From Myxococcota bacterium (lineage in GTDB: Bacteria; Myxococcota_A; Polyangia; Polyangiales; Houyiibacteriaceae), in assembly GCA_039030515.1 (NCBI GenBank), contig JBCCEA010000023.1, positions 1 through 64,000 of the forward strand: DNA of 64,000 bases. The letters run 5' to 3'. Every line of letters starts with the position of its first letter. The stretch's first letter is position 1. Below the pieces are notes generated by a model. The model ran no database searches. It saw nothing but the letters and a program-made list of their open reading frames with translations, and had not been told where the DNA came from. Of this stretch, positions 28,967-38,634 are shown one piece after another. Both the position numbers and the translations under genes were made by a program.

Positions 28967-30889
28967 TTAACCTACCCGCAGCCGCGGGACGCGCAGACCG
29001 CGAACGACCCAGTCGAGAACGACCTTGGAACAAAAAATACCTGTAAACAGCGAGGTAACGATGCCGATCATCAACGTTACCGCGAACCCTTTTATCGGCC
29101 CGGTGCCGAACTGAAACAGAACGACTCCGGCGATAAAGGTCGTAAGTTGCGCATCCATCACCGACCAAAATGCCCGACGGAAGCCTTGATCTATCGCAGA
29201 ACGAGCGGACTTCCCGAGCCTCAACTCCTCACGGATGCGCTCTGTGATCAATACGTTTGCATCCACCGCCATACCGACCGTGAGCGCGATTCCTGCCACT
29301 CCGGGCAGAGTCAGAGTCGCACCGAGTGCCGAAAGTGCCGCGAGCAAAAAGAGAACGTTGAGAACGACCATTAAGTCGGCAACCAAACCGGCGACCTGGT
29401 AGTAGACCGCCATGAAAAAGAGCACGAGGACGATGCCTACCAGTGCCCCCTGAACGCCGCGCTCGACCGAATCCGCGCCCAAGGTCGGGCCGATTTCTTG
29501 GCGGTTGGCTCGTTCGATAGGTGCCGGCAGTGCTCCAGCGCGCAGCACGACAACGAGCTCATTGGCCGCCTCCATGATTTCACTGTGAGAGCCGTAGCTT
29601 CCCATCGTGATTTGACTGCGACCTCCGGCGATTTCGGCTTGAATCGTCGGTGCAGACTCGACCACTCCATCGAGAACGATGGCCATCCGTTCTTGAATGT
29701 GAGCACCGGTGAGCTGCTGAAACTGAGTCGCTCCGCTGCCTCCAAAATGTACGGCGACAACCGGACGACCAGCTCCACCGCCCTCGCCCTGATCGAACGT
29801 GACGAAGGCGTCATCTACTTCGTTTCCGGTGACTCCAGCGGTGCGGTGTAGATAGTACGTTCGCCACGACTCCTCGGTGGCTTGAGACGTCTCAGAATCG
29901 GGGTCCTCGCGGCGGTCGACCCGCGCGATGGCGAACTCCCGACCGTCTGGCAGCTTGGACTTCACCGACTCGATCCACTCGGTCAGCGCCAAACGCGCAC
30001 CTGCTCCTCGCGCAACCACATAGGGAGCATCCACCACATTCTGTGCGGTACCCGCCCCCTGCTCTGTGTATATCTGAAAGCGAACAGCCACGTCTCGAGG
30101 CTCTGTGCTGGAGCCAAGTTGTACTGTGCGCTCCCAAGATCCGTCTGCGGAAAGACCTAGCTCGCGGAGCACAGAACCCGACTGTTCGTCGTCGACGATT
30201 TTGAATTCGAGTCGTGCGGTCCGGCTGATCAAATCCTCAATGCGATCAAACTCCTCCTGAGTTGCCCCGGGAACCTCGACGATGACGTCTCGATCGCGAC
30301 CGATCACGGTTGCTTCCCGCACCTGAAGCTCGTCGATTCTGTTTTGGATGACCAGTACAGTCTGTTCGACTGCAGCCTGACGAAGTTCGTCGAGATCTTC
30401 ATCTCTCAGAGCTAGTCGAACCGCTTTATTCGTGCGCTCAACAATGCGCAGCTCCGGGTAGTCAGCGCGCAACAAGTCGCGCGTGAGCTTTTCGGCGTCA
30501 GAGGGGTTCTCGAAGCGTAGTTCCATGCGTCTCTCGCCGACATTAAGACTCGTTACTCGCTCTGCGAAAGAAGCCCGGTCGTCCTCGCTTTTGGTATCGA
30601 GCTGGAGCTCCTCAGCAAGCCGCTCCATCAGCGCTGTGTTCAAACGGTCTCTGCGGTGGCGAATCGCGTCCTCGACTTTGACCTCGTACATGAGACGAAG
30701 GCCGCCTTTAATATCGAGGCCTGGGCTGATCCGACGACTGAAAAAGCCAAAATCGTCCTCTACCGCCGGATCTTTTACCAACCAGTCTGGTACCGAAACC
30801 CAGGATCCGAGCGAGGGCCATAGAGCACCAACCGCCGTGACGATGGCAAAGAGGAACACCGTGAACCGTACGTACCAACCTCTATCCAT
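28967..30889 (-). CDS. secD: Protein translocase subunit SecD
   Basis: GLDIKGG, LRAGALPAP, IGPTLG, GMAVDANVLITERIREE. Confidence 0.97.
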   Translation of the reverse strand: MDRGWYVRFTVFLFAIVTAVGALWPSLGSWVSVPDWLVKDPAVEDDFGFFSRRISPGLDIKGGLRLMYEVKVEDAIRHRRDRLNTALMERLAEELQLDTKSEDDRASFAERVTSLNVGERRMELRFENPSDAEKLTRDLLRADYPELRIVERTNKAVRLALRDEDLDELRQAAVEQTVLVIQNRIDELQVREATVIGRDRDVIVEVPGATQEEFDRIEDLISRTARLEFKIVDDEQSGSVLRELGLSADGSWERTVQLGSSTEPRDVAVRFQIYTEQGAGTAQNVVDAPYVVARGAGARLALTEWIESVKSKLPDGREFAIARVDRREDPDSETSQATEESWRTYYLHRTAGVTGNEVDDAFVTFDQGEGGGAGRPVVAVHFGGSGATQFQQLTGAHIQERMAIVLDGVVESAPTIQAEIAGGRSQITMGSYGSHSEIMEAANELVVVLRAGALPAPIERANRQEIGPTLGADSVERGVQGALVGIVLVLFFMAVYYQVAGLVADLMVVLNVLFLLAALSALGATLTLPGVAGIALTVGMAVDANVLITERIREELRLGKSARSAIDQGFRRAFWSVMDAQLTTFIAGVVLFQFGTGPIKGFAVTLMIGIVTSLFTGIFCSKVVLDWVVRGLRVPRLRVG

Positions 30890-30910
30890 AACTTACTTTC
30901 CCAGCCGTCC

Positions 30911-30999
30911 GATGAATCTAGCTTCTTGACGAACTCGGCCTTCTGACGAATCTAGCAGGCTGACGAAATGAGCCGCCCGATGAACTTGGCCGTCAGACC
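30911..30999. repeat. Degenerate 17-bp tandem repeat (5 units plus partial) between yajC and secD
   Basis: Units GATGAATCTAGCTTCTT, GACGAACTCGGCCTTCT, GACGAATCTAGCAGGCT, GACGAAATGAGCCGCCC and GATGAACTTGGCCGTCA start at 30911, 30928, 30945, 30962 and 30979. Confidence 0.75.
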
Positions 31000-31043
31000 T
31001 ACTGCTCGACCTGGCTGACGTTGATACAAGCCGCATAAGGCTC

Positions 31044-31586
31044 TTAGGCTGAAGCTTCGCGGTTCGCCGTTTTCTCAGGTGCATCCTTGTCGTCGTCGAC
31101 GTTTTGCGACGCGCTGGACTTCTTGGACTGGCTGTCTTCAGACGGCTTTGAATTCACTGTCTTTGGTGCTTGGGCAGCTTTCGACGTGTCCGATGTTTTG
31201 GCGGAGCCACCGTCAGTTGCGTTATCGGCAGGACCCGCAAGGGCTGAGCGAAGAATATTGACGCGCACTCGATCCGCGATTTGAAGCGTGATTTCGTTCG
31301 ACTCGATCTTCGTGATCTCCCCCCGGATCCCTCCGGTGGTGCGAACCGTCATGCCTTTCTTGAGGCTCCCGAGCATCTGCTCACGCTCTTTTTGTTGCTT
31401 TCGCTGGGGCCGGATCAGCATGAAGTAGAGGAGCACTGAAAATAAGGCGATCAACCCGAACTGACCAAGTCCGTCAGCGAGGGGCGGCGCGGAACCGGCA
31501 GAGGAACCAGCTCCTGGCAGGGAATCTGGAAGACCGGTTGGATCGGGCTGGAACCAGAGCAGTAGCGAAAGAGCGGTCAAAAACAA
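31044..31586 (-). CDS. yajC: Preprotein translocase subunit YajC (extended termini)
   Basis: YFMLIRPQRKQQKE, VRTTGGIRG; upstream of secD. Confidence 0.93.
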   Translation of the reverse strand: MFLTALSLLLWFQPDPTGLPDSLPGAGSSAGSAPPLADGLGQFGLIALFSVLLYFMLIRPQRKQQKEREQMLGSLKKGMTVRTTGGIRGEITKIESNEITLQIADRVRVNILRSALAGPADNATDGGSAKTSDTSKAAQAPKTVNSKPSEDSQSKKSSASQNVDDDKDAPEKTANREASA

Positions 31587-32010
31587 AGCAGACTCCTAAA
31601 AAAGCCGGGCAGTAGTAGCCCATGCCCTCGGGAGGGTCAACCGTGGTCAGCGCTCCCCAGGAGCGTCGCATACGGTCCAAAAAACTAGGTTCCGTCGATA
31701 CCAGTTCGACCGTGCATCCTCACTTCCTTCTCCGAGGACCTCGAACGCACCAAGTTGCCTGTCCGGCATCGCCGGAACGATGGTGAGCTCATTGAGACAG
31801 CACGTGAAATTCGCGCGTGCCGTGTCGGGCTAGGCAGAACAGAAGCGCGGAGAATGTCGATGGTGTTCGTCTTCCCATTTGAGCGTTATCATCGAACGCT
31901 GTGGGTAAAGCTGCATTGGACCCTGAGTCTGGCCGGGGCAGAACAAGAACGTTTGGCTCGGGACGCCAACGAATCAGGACTGAGATCGAGTCGGGAAGAG
32001 CCGAGCCTGC

Positions 32011-34236
32011 ATGACGAGCAAGCGATCCCTGCGCTTTCTGATCGTTCATCCCGACGAGCAGATCGCTCTAGACATCGGCAAAGGAGTTCGTGCGGCCGGT
32101 CATCAACCGACCTTCGTGTTCGACGGGGAGCAAGCGATAGATCACTTCGTACAGCACCCAGTGGACGGAATCCTCATTGAGCTCGTACTGCCCGGGCGTG
32201 ATGGAGTCGCGACGATCGAATCGATAAGGTGGGCGCCTGGCGGTCGTGATCTTCCTACGATCTTGATCGGAAGCTACCTGAATGAGGGCGAAGTATGGAA
32301 TGCCGCAGCCGAACTGGGAGTCGACAACGTCCTGCTTGGAGTGCCGGGCTCGGCCGAGATCCAAAACGCGCTCACCCGACTTGAAACGCACTTCGCGTCT
32401 GTGTCTCCGGCGATGACGGGCAAGGCCCTGAGGCGGTTGGTAGGAGACCCGATCGACGACCCTACTCTAGATCGAGCTACATCGACCGAGTGGATCGATC
32501 CGCCCGACACAGAGCCGGATCGAGAGCTCCAATATATCGAGGATCTTGCGAAGCAGAAAACGCATCCGAGACTTACCGGAACACTCGCCGATCTTCCGCT
32601 GCCAAAACTTCTGGCACGACTTGCCGAACAAGAGGCCACCGGAGCGTTGACTCTGCGCGCATGTTCGACTGTCGAAAGCGCCCTCGAAACAGACGAAGCT
32701 TGTAAAATCTTGTATTTTCATTACGGCGTCGTCCGAGCTGTGTACTCAAATCTACGCTCAGAAAGACTTGGAAACCGTCTTCGCAGCTCCGGTCGAATCG
32801 ACGAGGCAAACCTCGAAAAAGCACTGGCGCGAGTGCACTCAGGGGAAGGTCGCCTGGGAGAGATTCTGATCAGTGTGGATGCGCTGACCCCTGAGGAACT
32901 GCGCTCCGAACTCGACATGCAGCAGCGTGAGAAGCTCTTCGAGCTGTTCCGATGGACTGAGGGGCGGTTTGAGTTTCACGACGAAAGCGCTCCGAATCCC
33001 GTAGTGCAAATCGACTTGTCGGTTTCCGAGATCATCTATCACGGGGTGGTCTTCGGCGTGAGCCAGGAGATTCTGCTCGAGCAGCTTCAACCACATCTCC
33101 ACAAATACTTGGTGCCCGTTCCGAGAAGGGCCGCACCATTTTTCGGCATGCAACTGCATCCTTCCGTTCGAACCGCCGTCAGAGAAGCCACCGGGAATCG
33201 AACTTTGACAACGGTTCTGAAAACAGCGGCCCCTCATACCGGCGCGGTGGCGCAGCTTCTTTACGCGATGGAGAGCGTCGGAGCGATTACCTACCGTTCC
33301 ACGCCGACATATGTACGAACCGAATCGTCTAGAAACACAGGGGAAATTGGAGCACCGCTCACAGGCGATACGACTGTGCTCAAGGAAGAGCTGGGCAACG
33401 CAAACCTTCTATTCGAGCAGGGTCGAGCTTTGGAGGCCATCGGAGTCGGGCAAGACGCCGACCTCATCACGCTCCACCAGGCATGCATGGATTTGGAGGC
33501 TCGGGTCAGAAGAGCCACCCTTCCAGGGTCGGCTCCTCGGGATGTTCGGGTGGTGGCTTTGAAAGCGTTGGCCCATCTGATTCGCTTTCAAGGCGCAACT
33601 GGTCTCGGCATACCTACGGAAGAAGTTCCACTCACCGACGGGCACTCGAAACCAAACCTGGAGCAGAACGACTCGGGACTCACTATCTTGTCTGGGCACG
33701 CTGATGAGGAGGACTCTGGGGTGATCCGAGGGCTAATTCGGGTGAAGAACCCGGTAGAAGAACCGCTAGACGACCCCTTCACGACGGCAGGGGTCCATGC
33801 ACGCGAACCCGACCTGCGGTTTCAGAGACTGGGCTTGGCTGTGCGTGATATTGAACGCGAAGTGGACATCCTAACCGAAGCCGAGCAACTGTTTCGAGAG
33901 GGCAAGATGGCCGAGACACGGGGAGATCGGATGGGAGCACAAGCCGCTTTCGAGCGCGCGGTGGCGCTCTGCCCCGAGGAGGGGGAATTCGTTTCACGCT
34001 TGGGCTACCTGCGTTTTATTTGCAGCGCAGACGACCCTGATTCTCGGGCAAAAGCGGTAGACGAAATGGACCAAGGCACGAGGCTCGCTCCAGACCTTGA
34101 GATCACGCACCTACTGAGAGGTCGCGCGCTCGGACAACTGGGTGCCACGAAAGCCGCGCGAGCTGCCTATGAACGAGCTCTTTCGGTAAACCCGCACAGT
34201 GAGGAAGCGCTCCGAGGGATTCGGGAACTCTCGTGA
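32011..34236 (+). CDS. Pseudo-receiver / DUF4388-like / degenerate J-like / TPR multidomain protein
   Basis: REC-like N-terminus (DGILIELVLPGRDG); GTLADLPLPKLL..TGAL and LFRWTEGRFEF (DUF4388/PatA-N type); RLGEIL; C-terminal TPRs. Confidence 0.78.
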   Translation: MTSKRSLRFLIVHPDEQIALDIGKGVRAAGHQPTFVFDGEQAIDHFVQHPVDGILIELVLPGRDGVATIESIRWAPGGRDLPTILIGSYLNEGEVWNAAAELGVDNVLLGVPGSAEIQNALTRLETHFASVSPAMTGKALRRLVGDPIDDPTLDRATSTEWIDPPDTEPDRELQYIEDLAKQKTHPRLTGTLADLPLPKLLARLAEQEATGALTLRACSTVESALETDEACKILYFHYGVVRAVYSNLRSERLGNRLRSSGRIDEANLEKALARVHSGEGRLGEILISVDALTPEELRSELDMQQREKLFELFRWTEGRFEFHDESAPNPVVQIDLSVSEIIYHGVVFGVSQEILLEQLQPHLHKYLVPVPRRAAPFFGMQLHPSVRTAVREATGNRTLTTVLKTAAPHTGAVAQLLYAMESVGAITYRSTPTYVRTESSRNTGEIGAPLTGDTTVLKEELGNANLLFEQGRALEAIGVGQDADLITLHQACMDLEARVRRATLPGSAPRDVRVVALKALAHLIRFQGATGLGIPTEEVPLTDGHSKPNLEQNDSGLTILSGHADEEDSGVIRGLIRVKNPVEEPLDDPFTTAGVHAREPDLRFQRLGLAVRDIEREVDILTEAEQLFREGKMAETRGDRMGAQAAFERAVALCPEEGEFVSRLGYLRFICSADDPDSRAKAVDEMDQGTRLAPDLEITHLLRGRALGQLGATKAARAAYERALSVNPHSEEALRGIRELS

Positions 34237-34328
34237 GCAGCCTCAAAGGAGCGACAACCATACACGCTGCGCGAGCACGAGCAGCTCGCTTCCCGAGGGT
34301 ATGCTAAGGGGTCCGCTCGGAGGTTCAC

Positions 34329-35246
34329 GTGGTTACTAAAGCGGAAAAAATTTGGTTTGATGGCGAGTTTATTCCTTGGGACGACGCCAAGGTGCACGTG
34401 CTGACGCACACGCTTCACTATGGCGTTGGCGTCTTTGAGGGCATCCGCTGCTACAAACTCCATGACGGCGGCTCCGCAATCTTTCGACTCGCCGAGCACA
34501 TCAAACGTCTCGCTGAATCCGCGCATATTGTTCAGATGCCCCTGCCCTGGTCGGAAGAGGTCATCATGGAAGCCTGCATCGAAGCCGTCAGGGTCAACAA
34601 ACTCGATGAGTGCTACATCCGTCCGCTGGCGTTCGTCGGAGCGGGCGCCATGGGTTTGAGGGCTACGAGTAACCCGACCCATCTTGCAGTGGTCGCATGG
34701 CCCTGGGGTTCGTACCTGGGCGATGAAGGACTCAAACAAGGTATTCGAGCCAAGGTGAGCTCATTTGCACGCGCTGGTGTTAATTCTTTGATGGCCAAGG
34801 GAAAGATCTGTGGTCACTACGTGAACTCGGTCTTAGCCAATCGCGAGGCTCTCCAGTCGGGGTACGACGAAGCCATACTGCTCGATCCTCAGGGTTATGT
34901 TTGCGAGGCCTCTGGAGAGAACATCTTCGTGGTGAGAGAGGGTCGTTTGGCCACCGCCAGCACGGGAGCTTCGATCTTGGGGGGGATCACCAGGAATACG
35001 ATTTTTGAGCTCTGTGAAGAGCTGGATCTCTCGATGGAACAAAGACTCATCAGCCGCGACGAGCTCTACATCGCCGATGAGGTATTCATGGTTGGCACTG
35101 CCGCCGAAGTCACTCCGGTGCGAGAAATCGACGACCGCTCCATCGGCACGGGAGAGCCCGGACCGATCACACGTCAGATTCAGGATCGTTACTTCGAGGT
35201 CGTGCGCGGGAAAAACACCCCCGAGCGATGGCTGTCCCGCATCTAG
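34329..35246 (+). CDS. ilvE: Branched-chain amino acid aminotransferase
   Basis: LHYGVGVFEGIR, YIRP, PLP lysine in KICGHY, EASGENIF, ILGGITR, GTAAEVTPV. Confidence 0.97.
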   Translation: MVTKAEKIWFDGEFIPWDDAKVHVLTHTLHYGVGVFEGIRCYKLHDGGSAIFRLAEHIKRLAESAHIVQMPLPWSEEVIMEACIEAVRVNKLDECYIRPLAFVGAGAMGLRATSNPTHLAVVAWPWGSYLGDEGLKQGIRAKVSSFARAGVNSLMAKGKICGHYVNSVLANREALQSGYDEAILLDPQGYVCEASGENIFVVREGRLATASTGASILGGITRNTIFELCEELDLSMEQRLISRDELYIADEVFMVGTAAEVTPVREIDDRSIGTGEPGPITRQIQDRYFEVVRGKNTPERWLSRI

Positions 35247-35353
35247 ACCGACGCTCAAGCGTGCTCAGAATGTCAGTTTGTCGATCGATGTTTTAAGCAG
35301 GTTGCAACCCATCGCGACCCGAGTTACAGGCCGACTTGTGGAGGCGGCGACAC

Positions 35354-36070
35354 GTGCGTGACCAGCTGATGGCCTTGGCCCGACTTGAAGAGATCGATCG
35401 AGCAGCACTTCAATTCGATAAAGAGCGATCTACTCTTCCTCAAGAGCTTGCTGAGATGCAAGCGGATCTCGGCAAGCTTGAGTCGCTGCTCGAACGCGAG
35501 CGCGTGCAGCTCCAAGAAGCGGAAGCCTTGAGGAAGACGCAACAGGAAGATTTAGAGTCTCGAAGTGAAGCGCTGTCCAAAGCCAAGGCTAAGGTTGCAA
35601 AAGGTCGCAATATCAAAGAGATCGACGCAGCAGAGCGGGAAGTTGAAGCAAATCGACAGGCCATCCGAAATCGCGAAGAGGAGCTGCAGCGGTTAGACAG
35701 CGCTCTTGAGAAGGTAATGGGCTCCCTAGCCCAACACGAAAAGGAAGTAGACGAAGTCCGCAAGGAACTAGAGCTTGAACGAACGTCGGTTACAGCGAGA
35801 CTTCAGAAGCTTGAAGAGATACGCGAGAAAACCCTTGAGAAGCGGGGCTTCGCTACAGCTCATCTCGATGCGACCATCCTTAGAAGATACGAGCGGATAA
35901 GGGACGCGAAGGGCCAAGGGGTCGCGATTATCGAGTCCGAGACATGTCCAGCATGCCGAATCTCCATCGCTGCGCAGCAGTATATCGATCTTCAGAGAGG
36001 GGAAGAGCTGCACCAATGCCCCCGCTGTCAGGTATTTCTCGTCCATCGAGGGTTCGCGTATCCCGATTAG
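35354..36070 (+). CDS. C4-type zinc ribbon domain protein (DUF164/CT398-like, coiled coil)
   Basis: Long coiled coil, YERIR, CPAC...CPRC. Start GTG at 35354 follows GGAGG. Confidence 0.9.
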   Translation: MRDQLMALARLEEIDRAALQFDKERSTLPQELAEMQADLGKLESLLERERVQLQEAEALRKTQQEDLESRSEALSKAKAKVAKGRNIKEIDAAEREVEANRQAIRNREEELQRLDSALEKVMGSLAQHEKEVDEVRKELELERTSVTARLQKLEEIREKTLEKRGFATAHLDATILRRYERIRDAKGQGVAIIESETCPACRISIAAQQYIDLQRGEELHQCPRCQVFLVHRGFAYPD

Positions 36071-36115
36071 TACGCTGTGCAGAACCGCAGCTCAACGCGA
36101 GCCGCAGTTTCCATA

Positions 36116-36286
36116 AGGCGTCGTATAGTCTTCACTGGCGCCGTTAATTCGAACCTTCTATCGGCCAATCGGGCTCACGATCCCTTGCAGGAAGCCTGAG
36201 CGCTCAGGGGCGTCAGAGCGTAAGCAATCCCCACCTTTCAGCGAGCTTAGGTTGGTTCAAAGAGCCAGCGCCCCCCCAGCACGCCT
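36116..36286 (-). ncRNA. ssrS: Probable 6S RNA
   Basis: About 170-nt rod: AGGCGT/ACGCCT, GGCGCTG/CGGCGCC and TTTGAACC/GGTTCGAA stems, an unpaired bubble, GCTTACG/CGTGAGC and apical palindrome CCTGAGCGCTCAGG. Several G-U pairs form only on the minus strand. Confidence 0.65.
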
Positions 36287-36611
36287 CGCTAGGCCTGAAC
36301 GCCCGCTTTCCTCCAATGCTTGGAGCTTGAAGTAGCGAAACTACTCCTGTGCTTCCGGGGCGCTAGCCGTTCAAACCTATCGAGACGCGCTGGGGCGAGG
36401 ACGAGGGAGGGTAAGAGTGGGACCCTGAGGGAGACGACGAGCAAGCGGCTGTTTGGGCCCACATGGGGCCCGCTGGAGCGCATCTCTCGAAGCATAGGAG
36501 CGAGGGCGTACTTCTTTGTAGGTTGAGTGACGAGGGTCAAAGGTAAGCGGCGCTATGGGGTGCCTGGATGACCGCGGACGCGGCAATTGAGTTTGGAATT
36601 TAACCCTGGGA

Positions 36612-36687
36612 GGTGGGCCCACCTGGACTCGAACCAGGAACGGCCCGGTTATGAGCCGGGAACTCTAACCAATTGAGCTATGGGCCC
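36612..36687 (-). tRNA. tRNA-Ile2 (CAT anticodon, lysidine-modified)
   Basis: GGGCCCATAGCTCAATTGGTTAGAGTTCCCGGCTCATAACCGGGCCGTTCCTGGTTCGAGTCCAGGTGGGCCCACC: cloverleaf with CAT anticodon, Ile2-type acceptor stem, located after rpoD; CCA not fully encoded. Confidence 0.92.
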
Positions 36688-36711
36688 AGGTAGTTCTCGC
36701 TGAATCTCGTA

Positions 36712-38634
36712 CTAGCTCTCCATAAAACTTCGCAACTGCTTGCTGCGACTTGGATGTCGCAGCTTCCGGAGCGCCTTAGCCTCGATTTGGCGGATGCGCT
36801 CGCGAGTAACTTCAAAATCTTGACCAACCTCTTCGAGAGTATGGTCGCTCTTCTCCCCAATACCAAAGCGCATCCGAAGCACCTTCTCTTCTCTCGGCGT
36901 TAGGGTCTTCAGCACCCGACGCGTCTGATCTTCAAGGTTGCTGTTGATCACCGCCTCGATAGGTGAGACTACCGACTTGTCCTCGATGAAGTCTCCAAGA
37001 TGGCTGTCTTCCTCTTCTCCTATCGGCGTTTCAAGACTGATAGGTTCCTTCGCGATCTTCAAAACCTTGCGAACCTTATCGAGAGGCATCTCCATTCGCT
37101 CTGCAATCTCTTCAGGCGCAGGCTCGCGTCCGAGCTCCTGTACCAGGTAGCGCGAGGTGCGTATGAGCTTGTTGATCGTCTCGATCATGTGCACTGGAAT
37201 ACGGATCGTTCGTGCTTGATCTGCGATCGCTCGAGTAATCGCCTGGCGGATCCACCAAGTGGCATACGTGGAGAACTTGTATCCGCGGCGGTACTCGAAC
37301 TTATCGACCGCCTTCATCAAGCCGATGTTGCCTTCCTGAATCAGGTCGAGGAACTGAAGACCTCGGTTGGTGTACTTTTTTGCGATGGATACCACGAGGC
37401 GAAGATTGGCTTCTACTAGCTCCGCCTTCGCCCGTTCTGCCTGTCGCTCCCCTTGGTGGAGTTTACGATAGGTCTCTCGCAAGACATCGACAGGCTGGCC
37501 CATGTCTTCTTCTACTTTTTTCACCGCCTTCAGCGCTTCGCGGATGTGTTCTTCCGCGACCTTCATGGTCTCGATGCCGCAACCATACTTTCGCTGAAGT
37601 CGCTTCTCAGCGGCTTTGCTCGCCTGCATGTCGCGAATGGTCTTGCGTATTTCGCGAGAACTTTGTCCGCCGACGCGCTGCTCAGCCTCGCTCACCGTTC
37701 GCTCAGCTCGCTCGATACGCCGCACGTAAGATTTGACCTTCTGAACGATCCGGTCGATCTGCTTCTTAGTCATCTTAAGTTCGCGCAAAGCGACGATTCG
37801 CTCCCGACGATGAAGGTCAAGCTGCGTCTGCTGGGACTTTCGCGTCTTGTCCCCCGGCCGGCGACCGGACTCTTGAATTTCAGCCGCCAGTTTTTGCATG
37901 GAGCTCTCAAGGCGCTTTACCTTGTCGATCACACGAATCACGCGAGCTTTGACCTCCTCTTCATCGAAGGGCTGCTCGTCCTCACTTTCCGTATCTCGGA
38001 CGACATCCTTGACGCGGATTTTATCCTTCTTCAGCTGGTCGGCCAGAGAGATAACCTCTCCGATGCCCACCTTGCTGTCCAAGATGATTTCAAAAACTCG
38101 ATTCTCGCCATCCTCGATGCGCTTGGCGATCTCGACTTCTCCCTCTCGGGTGAGCAAGGAGACAGACCCCATTTTTCGCAGGTACATGCGGACGGGGTCG
38201 TTGGACTTTGCTTGATACGATTCGTCCACGGTGCCAGACGGCGGAATCGATGAAACTCGCTCCTCGCGCTTCGATCGACTGGCGCTTTCCTTTTTTGTCT
38301 TAACCTGCGCAGCTGAGTCGACCACGGCGATGTCCTCATCGGCGAGCCACATCATCAGGTCGTCTATCTGATCCGAGGTAACCATCTCGGGTGGAAGAGA
38401 GTCATTCAGTTCGTCGTAGGTCAGAAACCCCTTTGAGCGACCGTTTTCGAGCAAGGTTTGAACTTCTCGTCTCTCTCGATTCTTCTGACGGGCTGTCATT
38501 CCAAGCGATTCAACCTCTTTCGTGCCATCTTCGGCGGCCTTCATCGCATCATCCTGATCTTCTTCCGACTCTGGAGTCCTCGCGTCCGAGCGGGACTTGC
38601 TGCATCGGACCGCGTCCTTCGCTGCCATCTTCAC
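36712..38634 (-). CDS. rpoD: RNA polymerase sigma factor RpoD
   Basis: Region 1.1, [50 protein letters not shown], region 4 TRERIRQIE. Confidence 0.99.

Noticed and set aside
31587..32010. ORFs 31755..32180 and 31789..32049, or a structured RNA upstream of yajC
   Set aside because: No recognisable protein motif or convincing RNA structure.
36454..36471. 9-bp match to the tRNA-Ile2 3' end as a possible att site
   Set aside because: Too short, part of a local GC palindrome, and no integrase nearby.
36071..36610. RNase P RNA (often near DUF164 genes)
   Set aside because: The minus strand has GAGGAAAGCGG rather than GAGGAAAGTCC, and no matching 3' P4 motif on that strand; a 6S-like fold explains the region better.
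36289..36622. Small ORFs between the 6S-like RNA and tRNA-Ile2 (possible zapA)
   Set aside because: No ZapA-like or other recognisable sequence in any listed frame.
36612..36687. Elongator tRNA-Met call
   Set aside because: The acceptor stem and the position after rpoD fit tRNA-Ile2 better; not confirmed with a covariance model.
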